A stretch of DNA of 64,000 nucleotides from positions 416,001 through 480,000 of the forward strand of contig CBDCLE010000002.1 in assembly GCA_965218585.1 (NCBI GenBank). The letters are read 5' to 3'. Under the pieces are notes generated by a model. That model was not told where the DNA came from. It searched no databases and worked only from the letters and a program-made list of their open reading frames with translations. The translations under genes and the position numbers were made by a program. This document shows positions 57,748 to 64,000 of this stretch, piece after piece. Position 1 is the stretch's first letter; every line of letters begins with the position of its first letter. The DNA comes from Terriglobia bacterium. Its GTDB lineage: Bacteria > Acidobacteriota > Terriglobia > 20CM-2-55-15.

Positions 57748-58278
57748 ATGCGGAATACGCGGACAGACGAATATCTCACAGACGTTCGGGACAGGCTGGG
57801 CAAGTTAAAGGCGCTTGCCGAAGCGGCTCTGGCTCAGGTTGACGACGCGTCTCTCTTCGGAACTCTGGACGAAGAATCCAACAGCATCGCTGTGCTCCTG
57901 AAGCACCTAGCCGGAAACATGCAGTCGCGCTGGGACGGGTTTCCACAAGAAGGAGAGAGCGAATCGTCAAAGCGAAACCGCGATGCAGAATTTGAGGTCG
58001 ATAATGGCGACACAAGGAGAGAACTGATCGCGAAGTGGGAACTGGGCTGGCAGTGTACGTTTGATATGCTCGAACGTCTAACGGAAGACGACATGAATCG
58101 GAGGGTCATCCTCCGGGGGGAGTCCATGTCGGTCATGTCCGCCATCAACCGGCAATTCACGCATTACGCCTACCACATCGGGCAGATTGTTTTCTTAGCG
58201 AAGCATTACTGTTCGGGTCAATGGCAGTCACTGAGTATTCCGCGTGGAAAGTCTGACGAGTTCGCAAAGAATCGGTAG
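57748..58278 (+). CDS. DinB-like DUF1572 family protein
   Basis: NSIAVLLKHLAGNMQSRW, RNRDAEF, HYAYHIGQIVFLAK, SLSIPRG. Confidence 0.9.
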   Translation: MRNTRTDEYLTDVRDRLGKLKALAEAALAQVDDASLFGTLDEESNSIAVLLKHLAGNMQSRWDGFPQEGESESSKRNRDAEFEVDNGDTRRELIAKWELGWQCTFDMLERLTEDDMNRRVILRGESMSVMSAINRQFTHYAYHIGQIVFLAKHYCSGQWQSLSIPRGKSDEFAKNR

Positions 58279-58296
58279 GTGCGGACAAGGAGTTTG

Positions 58297-59724
58297 ATGA
58301 CAGAGAGGGTTAATGCTAGCGGAGATGTTGTTCGGTTTATCACCCGGGACCGATTCGATTTTCCACCTGAAGCCCTTCGCCTGGCGAAACGTTGTGTGAT
58401 TGACGGACTCGGCGTCATGCTTGCGGGTTCAACCACGCGAGGAAGCGGAATCGTTCATGACTACGTTCGATCCAGCCAGGGGATTGGGGAGGCGACCGTC
58501 TTCGGATCGAATACATTCCGGACGAGCGCGCCGGCCGCAGCACTGGCCAATGGAGCGAGCGGACACGCCCTGGACTGGGACGATACACAGTTGTCCACGA
58601 GCGCCGACCGGATATTTGGACTGATGACGCACCCAACCGTCCCAGCGTTGGCTGCCGCGCTGGCCCTGGGGGAACGAGGACAGGTGTCCGGGGAACAGTT
58701 CCTGGAAGCCTTTCTGGTCGGGTTCGAAGTCGAATGCAAGATTGCAGAAGCGATTGATCCGAGTCATTACAAGGGAGGTTTTCATTCCTCCGGAACGATC
58801 GGCTCTTTCGGAGCCATGGCCGCTGCGGCGCGGTTGCTCAGGCTCGACGCCGAAGCCACGGCTCATGCTTTATCCATCGTGGCGAGCATGTCTTCGGGAA
58901 TCCGAGTCAACTTCGGAACGATGACCAAACCGCTTCATGTGGGACGCGCGGCCCAGAACGGCGTTACGGCCACCGAGCTGGCTGCGAAGGGATTTACTGG
59001 CGGTGCGGATGGCCTGGACGGCCCGTGGGGTTTCTTCCAGATCTTCAGTTTCGGCAACGGTTTCGATCCGGGCCGAATCGTCGGGCGACTCGGAAATCCG
59101 TATTCGATCGTGACGCCGGGAGTTTCGATCAAACCGTATCCGTGCGGCGTGCTTGGGCATCCCAGCATGGACGCCATGCGGAAGTTGGTGATCGATCACG
59201 ACGTGAAGCCCGAAAACATCTCTGCGATTCGGCTGCGCGCGGGCTCCAACATCCTCAACCCACTGCGGTATCCAATTGCGCACACCGAATTGGAAGCGAA
59301 GTTCTCTCCCGCGTTCATGCTTTCGAGCATCGCATTACGCCGAAAGGCGGGGGTCCGTGAATTTACAGACGAATTTGTTCAGAGCGTTCCTGTTCAGGAA
59401 ATGATGGCCCGGGTCGAAACGATTTTCGATCCCGACATCGAGGCCATGGGCTTTGAAAAAATCCGTAGCACGGTGGAAGTGAGTCTGGAAGACGGAACCC
59501 AACTGGTCCAGGAAGCAGCCGAACAATATCGAGGTGGACCCGACAACCCGTTTACACGCGAAGAGCTTCACGAAAAATTCACCGAGTGCGCCGGGCTCGT
59601 CCTTCCCGAACGAGCGATACAGGGTACACTCAACGCGGTGGAGTCGATAGAAAATCTGTCCGACGTCAACGAACTGGTAGGCCTCCTGACCGAGGGCGTC
59701 GCTTCAACCGTGGGGAAACAGTGA
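58297..59724 (+). CDS. MmgE/PrpD family protein
   Basis: AALANG..GHALDWDD, HP, GFHSSGTIG, NFGTMTKPLHVG, KPYPCG. Confidence 0.93.
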   Translation: MTERVNASGDVVRFITRDRFDFPPEALRLAKRCVIDGLGVMLAGSTTRGSGIVHDYVRSSQGIGEATVFGSNTFRTSAPAAALANGASGHALDWDDTQLSTSADRIFGLMTHPTVPALAAALALGERGQVSGEQFLEAFLVGFEVECKIAEAIDPSHYKGGFHSSGTIGSFGAMAAAARLLRLDAEATAHALSIVASMSSGIRVNFGTMTKPLHVGRAAQNGVTATELAAKGFTGGADGLDGPWGFFQIFSFGNGFDPGRIVGRLGNPYSIVTPGVSIKPYPCGVLGHPSMDAMRKLVIDHDVKPENISAIRLRAGSNILNPLRYPIAHTELEAKFSPAFMLSSIALRRKAGVREFTDEFVQSVPVQEMMARVETIFDPDIEAMGFEKIRSTVEVSLEDGTQLVQEAAEQYRGGPDNPFTREELHEKFTECAGLVLPERAIQGTLNAVESIENLSDVNELVGLLTEGVASTVGKQ

Positions 59725-60959
59725 ACCTGGCCTGGGTCTCGATTGGAGCCCTGGTGCTTGCAGTCGGGCTCAGTTGCACGACGACCGTGAATGTCGGAGT
59801 GCTGGCGCTTGCGATGGCGTGGATCGTCGGCGTCTACATGGGCGACATGTCGGTGGGCACCGTTCTGGAAGGCTACCCGACGACGTTGCTTGTAACGCTG
59901 ATCGGCGTCACTTTGCTCTTCAGCGTTGCCAACGTGAACGGTACGCTGAACCGTATGACCGAGCGGGCGGTACGTATCTGCCGTGGGAACGCCGGGCTTC
60001 TTCCCGTCATGTTTTTCTTCCTTGGGATGTTTGTGGCAACGATCGGTCCTGGCGGAACACCCACAAGCGCCCTGATTGCGCCCCCGGCCATGGCGATCGC
60101 TGCCCGCGCAGGAATCTCACCCTTCCTGATGGCGATCATGGCCGGTAACGGCGCCCTGGCCGGGACGCTTTCGCCCTTCGCGCCGACCGGCATCGTTGCC
60201 AGCGGCGTGATGGAAAGGATCGGCCTGGGCGGAGTGGAGTGGTACACATACGGGTACAACGCTCTTGCGCACGCAGTCGTGGCGTTTGGCGGATTCGCCT
60301 TGTTCGGCGGCCTGCGGCTGTTCAAGAAGGGCTCCAGTGTGGGTCCCCTCGAGGACGAGACCAGCGAGATGGAAACCAGTCATTGGCTGACCCTCGGGGG
60401 TATTGCTGTTTTTATCATCGCGGTCGCCGGTTTCGGCTCGCATGTCGGCATGACGGGTCTGACCATCGCTGCGATTCTTGTCCTGCTCCGAGCGGTAGAA
60501 GAAAAGAAGGCTATCCAGGGAATTCCTTGGGGCGTGATCCTGATGGTGACCGGCGTTACCGTCCTCGTTTCAATCCTTGAAAGGACGGAAGGCATGGACC
60601 TGTTCACGAATGCGCTGGCCAGCATTTCAACCCCGGCATCTCTTGCGCCGATCGTGGCTTTCGGCTCCGGTGTCGTTTCCGTGTACAGCAGTACTTCCGG
60701 TGTCGTGTTGCCCGCGTTTCTGCCGCTGGTGCCCGGCCTGACCGAAAGCGTCGGTATCATCGAACCCTTGCCTATTGCGTGGTCCATGAACGTGGGCGCA
60801 AGCCTCGTCGACATGTCCTCGCTCTCTACTGTGGGGGCGCTGTTTCTGGCTGCCGCCCCTGCGGGGACCGACACGCGTGTGCTGTTCAACAAGATGCTCG
60901 CCTGGGGTCTGTCGATGTCACTGGTCGGTGCCCTCTTCTGCTGGTTGCTCTTCCTCTGA
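59721..60959 (+). CDS. SLC13/ArsB-NhaD-type dicarboxylate permease
   Basis: Polytopic membrane protein; NVGVLA, NGTL, LSPFAPTG, SSTSGVVLPAFLP; GTG start overlaps the upstream stop. Confidence 0.85.
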   Translation: MNLAWVSIGALVLAVGLSCTTTVNVGVLALAMAWIVGVYMGDMSVGTVLEGYPTTLLVTLIGVTLLFSVANVNGTLNRMTERAVRICRGNAGLLPVMFFFLGMFVATIGPGGTPTSALIAPPAMAIAARAGISPFLMAIMAGNGALAGTLSPFAPTGIVASGVMERIGLGGVEWYTYGYNALAHAVVAFGGFALFGGLRLFKKGSSVGPLEDETSEMETSHWLTLGGIAVFIIAVAGFGSHVGMTGLTIAAILVLLRAVEEKKAIQGIPWGVILMVTGVTVLVSILERTEGMDLFTNALASISTPASLAPIVAFGSGVVSVYSSTSGVVLPAFLPLVPGLTESVGIIEPLPIAWSMNVGASLVDMSSLSTVGALFLAAAPAGTDTRVLFNKMLAWGLSMSLVGALFCWLLFL

Positions 60960-60969
60960 TTCCAAATTC

Positions 60970-61908
60970 ATGAGAGTCGCAATCCTCGACGATATTCACC
61001 GGGCCTATCATGTGACCGAAGGCGTGCGGAGGTTACGCGAGCGGGCCGAGGTTCGTATCTTCACCGGTCCTGTCGGTGACCCTTCCGTGCTCGGCGGTTT
61101 CGATGCGTTGTTGGCGAACAGAGAACGGACACACTTTACACGGGAACTGTTCGATCAATTGCCTGACTTGAAAATCATCGCCCAGACTGGAACTCACATA
61201 AACCACATCGATCTCGAGGCCGCGACCGAGCATGGTGTCGTGGTAGCGAAAGCCGCCTCGGGACATGCCTATGGCGCCGTCGAACTCACGATAGGTTTGA
61301 TGATCGCCCTCATGCGGCAGATACCAGTGCAGGACAATGCCGTGAAGAATGGGGAGTGGTCCACACCTCTGACTCCGGCATTGCACGGTAAGACTCTCGG
61401 TATTGTCGGGTTCGGACGGATCGGGCAGCATGTGGCACGTGTGGCCCAGGCGCTGGACATGCAAGTTGTGGCCTGGGGACCGCGCCTGACCGCGGTGTCG
61501 GCCGGGGAAGCGGGGGTTCGGTTCCGACCCCTCGACGATCTGCTCGGTGAGTCCGACGTTGTGTCGATTCACGCAGCGCTCAAACCCGAGTCACGCGGAC
61601 TGATTGATGCCCGACGGCTCGGCCTGATGAAACCTTCCGCCTACCTTGTGAATACAGCGCGCGGCCCGATCGTCGATGAAGCGGCTTTGGTTGAAGCCCT
61701 GGCCGAAGGACGGATCGCCGGAGCCGGCCTCGATGTTTTCGACGAAGAGCCTCTTGCCGTCGGACACGCTCTGACTAAGCTTTCGAACGTCATCCTGACA
61801 CCGCACATGGGGTGGACGACCGATTATCGGTATGAAGTCTTCGCAACCGGTGCGGCCGATGTGTTGATTGCGTACCTGGATGGTGAAGAGGTGGAGAGGT
61901 TTACCTAG
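60970..61908 (+). CDS. D-isomer-specific 2-hydroxyacid dehydrogenase
   Basis: GIVGFGRIG, VNTARGPIVDE, GLDVFDEEP, TPHMGW. Confidence 0.95.
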   Translation: MRVAILDDIHRAYHVTEGVRRLRERAEVRIFTGPVGDPSVLGGFDALLANRERTHFTRELFDQLPDLKIIAQTGTHINHIDLEAATEHGVVVAKAASGHAYGAVELTIGLMIALMRQIPVQDNAVKNGEWSTPLTPALHGKTLGIVGFGRIGQHVARVAQALDMQVVAWGPRLTAVSAGEAGVRFRPLDDLLGESDVVSIHAALKPESRGLIDARRLGLMKPSAYLVNTARGPIVDEAALVEALAEGRIAGAGLDVFDEEPLAVGHALTKLSNVILTPHMGWTTDYRYEVFATGAADVLIAYLDGEEVERFT

Positions 61909-62012
61909 CTGGGGGCAGAAGATTGCGGGGGTCGCCCCTCGTTCGGCCCAACGCGTTTAATGCGACAAAGGCGGTCGGCCGTATGAACGAGGGAGCGAGA
62001 CTGCTTTGGTTT

Positions 62013-62753
62013 CTATGTCGCAGAAGCGGCAGCCGGCTTCAAAGCTTTCAACGCGTCGATCAATTGCTCAGAAGAACTGACCCACCCAAACCGCGCCTGA
62101 ATGATTTCTAACGACGCATCATGGCTTTCCTTTGGAAACTCGCTTGCGCAGTCGGCGGCCAGGACGGACGAGTAATCCCGGAACATCGCATCCCGGATCG
62201 TCGATTCGACACATACGCTCGTCGTGCATCCCGCCACGATCAGATAGCGAACGCCCATCTCTGTCAGAATTGCATCGAGGTCGGTCTCGTAGAATCCGCT
62301 GAATCGTGTCTTGTACATAACCCGGTCTCCGGGCTCGGGGCGGAGGGCGTCGACGATTTCCGTGTTCCATGTGTCACGGACCAGTATGCGGCTTTCTTCG
62401 CCCGCGGGGGACATCACTTCCTTACCGACATTCAGGAACTCATGTTGATTTCGATTAGGCGAAGCAGGCGCGCCCATGTCGGAGAGATCCTCGCTATACG
62501 CCATCTTGAGATAGATCGTAGGGATGCCCGCACGGCGGGTAGCTGCTAGCAATCTCTGGGTTGGAGGCACGACTTTCTGTATCGCTGTGACATCCAACCC
62601 TGCCCGATCAAACATGCCGCCGGGGGTTCCGAAGTCATTCTGCATATCGATGACAATCGTCGCCGTTTTCCTGGTGTCCAGAGAAAGTGGCCGCGGGCGG
62701 GCTTCGACTGTAACGTTTGAAGCGGAGTTTTGCATTTCAGATGTATCTTGCAT
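62013..62753 (-). CDS. Isochorismatase-family cysteine hydrolase (RutB-like)
   Basis: VIDMQNDF, KTRFSGF, GCTTSVCVESTIRDA. Confidence 0.92.
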   Translation of the reverse strand: MQDTSEMQNSASNVTVEARPRPLSLDTRKTATIVIDMQNDFGTPGGMFDRAGLDVTAIQKVVPPTQRLLAATRRAGIPTIYLKMAYSEDLSDMGAPASPNRNQHEFLNVGKEVMSPAGEESRILVRDTWNTEIVDALRPEPGDRVMYKTRFSGFYETDLDAILTEMGVRYLIVAGCTTSVCVESTIRDAMFRDYSSVLAADCASEFPKESHDASLEIIQARFGWVSSSEQLIDALKALKPAAASAT

Positions 62754-62791
62754 TCCGATGTCCTCCAGTACGCCGATCGACTAACGGATTC

Positions 62792-64000
62792 TCAGTCACT
62801 CGTTGCCGAGCCGCTGGCCGGCATGGCTCCCGTGTATTCCAGAACGAACAGGCCACCGCTCGCACGGTCGGAAGCATACGCCAGTCCTCGATGATCCAGA
62901 TCGACATCGTCGATCTGAATGACTACTGGCTGGCCTTCGACTATGGGATGGGAGTTTTCGTTGGGTTCCGGGATGTAGTATCCGATCTCCCTCAGGTTGT
63001 AGGGATCGGAAAGATCCAGGATCCGAACGCCTGCGTTGAAGTAGGCGATCCATGCGATCTTGTCCTCAAAACGGTTGATCGTTCCGTTCACGGTTTCAGC
63101 CGACTGGTGCGGTCCGAAGCGCCCACCCTTGTCGCAGAAATTGTCTACCCAAACCTGCCACGTGGAGACGGGGAACGGGCTGTCCTCATGTGTGATGTCA
63201 TACATGTAGGATTTTGCCCGAACACCGCTCGGGCACGGAGCTATGTCGGCGCCCCCAGCCTCGTCCACGACCAGCGCATAAGTCCGGGGGAGCGCGTCTC
63301 CCATGAAGTTCGGAACTTCTTCGTACACGATCGGCGACACCGTGTGAGGTCCGCGTCCGGGAGGCGAAGTGTCGATCATCCAGACCAGCGTTGGGCTTGT
63401 GGGATCGGAAATATCCCATGACGCGGTGTGGCCGGCTTCACAGAAACCTGCATAAATCCGGTTGTTTTCTTCGTCCACAATCGGGTGGTGTGCGTATTGG
63501 CCTTTGAATCCGTCCTCTCCGTCCTTCTGGCCCGGGCCCCAGGCCCGACCTAAGAAGACGGGGCTGGTCGGATCTCCGAGGTCCCAGATCTGGATCAGCG
63601 CGCCCCCGAACCCGGGCTCGCCGGCCGCTGAATAGAAGTAGCCGGTTTCTTCCGACCACCATCCTTTGTGCGCCCTCTGGATGAAGTTTCCACCACAGCC
63701 TGGACCGCATGAATTTGCCGGGGTCCCGGTGATCTCGGATACCAGTGAGATCTCTGAAGGGTCGGTATCACGCGAAGTGATGTCGAAGATCTGGAACCTC
63801 AGGTCGTCCCCGGCCTCGGAGTTTCGAATCAGGTAGTCGGCGCCCGACCCGTCGAATTCGTAGTCATAGACGACGGATACACCGCGCGAGTTGGCATTGA
63901 CTTCTTTGGGGATGTGCCACACGAGTTGCGGGTTCTGAGGGTCCGAAATTTCGAGAATCGAAGTCCCGTTCCACTCCATCTGGCCCGTGATCGGGTTAAA
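62792..64000 (-). CDS. LVIVD-repeat beta-propeller protein, 5' end outside window
   Basis: Frame stays open to the window edge (FNPITGQMEWNGTS...); repeated DISDP..P, RFGPHQ, AYFNAGVRILDLSDP. Confidence 0.85.
   Translation of the reverse strand, partial: FNPITGQMEWNGTSILEISDPQNPQLVWHIPKEVNANSRGVSVVYDYEFDGSGADYLIRNSEAGDDLRFQIFDITSRDTDPSEISLVSEITGTPANSCGPGCGGNFIQRAHKGWWSEETGYFYSAAGEPGFGGALIQIWDLGDPTSPVFLGRAWGPGQKDGEDGFKGQYAHHPIVDEENNRIYAGFCEAGHTASWDISDPTSPTLVWMIDTSPPGRGPHTVSPIVYEEVPNFMGDALPRTYALVVDEAGGADIAPCPSGVRAKSYMYDITHEDSPFPVSTWQVWVDNFCDKGGRFGPHQSAETVNGTINRFEDKIAWIAYFNAGVRILDLSDPYNLREIGYYIPEPNENSHPIVEGQPVVIQIDDVDLDHRGLAYASDRASGGLFVLEYTGAMPASGSATSD

Noticed and set aside
1-64000. tRNA, rRNA, prophage or defence-system genes
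   Set aside because: No cloverleaf, rRNA, phage structural, restriction-modification or toxin-antitoxin signatures were recognised by eye; a tRNAscan-SE/Infernal/DefenseFinder run would be needed to exclude them formally.

Overview
Gene-dense, roughly 58-60% GC chromosomal window, probably from an Acidobacteriota-type bacterium (inferred from gene style and content, not proven). Left to right: an IS110-family recombinase running off the left edge (absent from the ORF track) with a structured non-coding flank; a three-gene secreted operon (S55/SpoIVB protease, beta-propeller protein, M1 pseudopeptidase-TPR); M23-secA-guaB; envelope genes; a TetR/PsrA-like regulator with a tripartite RND pump; secreted hydrolases; xth; bioB-bioF-bioD-bioA; a yybP-ykoY riboswitch ahead of terC/alx; a hybrid kinase; an intact IS5 (IS427-type) with an A8 frameshift; iorAB-like genes; a plant AAE17/18-like acyl-CoA synthetase; a wHTH-regulated membrane protein/uppS-like/yjbQ cluster; an IS701 splitting a DUF6152-like gene; an MmgE/PrpD-permease-dehydrogenase set; and a truncated LVIVD-type gene at the right edge. 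No rRNA, tRNA or CRISPR array was seen. The most interesting signals are the IS110 non-coding flank (possible bridge/seekRNA-type RNA), the uncharacterised protease/pseudoprotease operon, a palindromic -10 box apparently driving two divergent leaderless genes, a repeated operator in the uppS cluster, and a dispersed GGGACA/GGGTCAG REP-like palindrome family. All calls were made by eye, without database searches.
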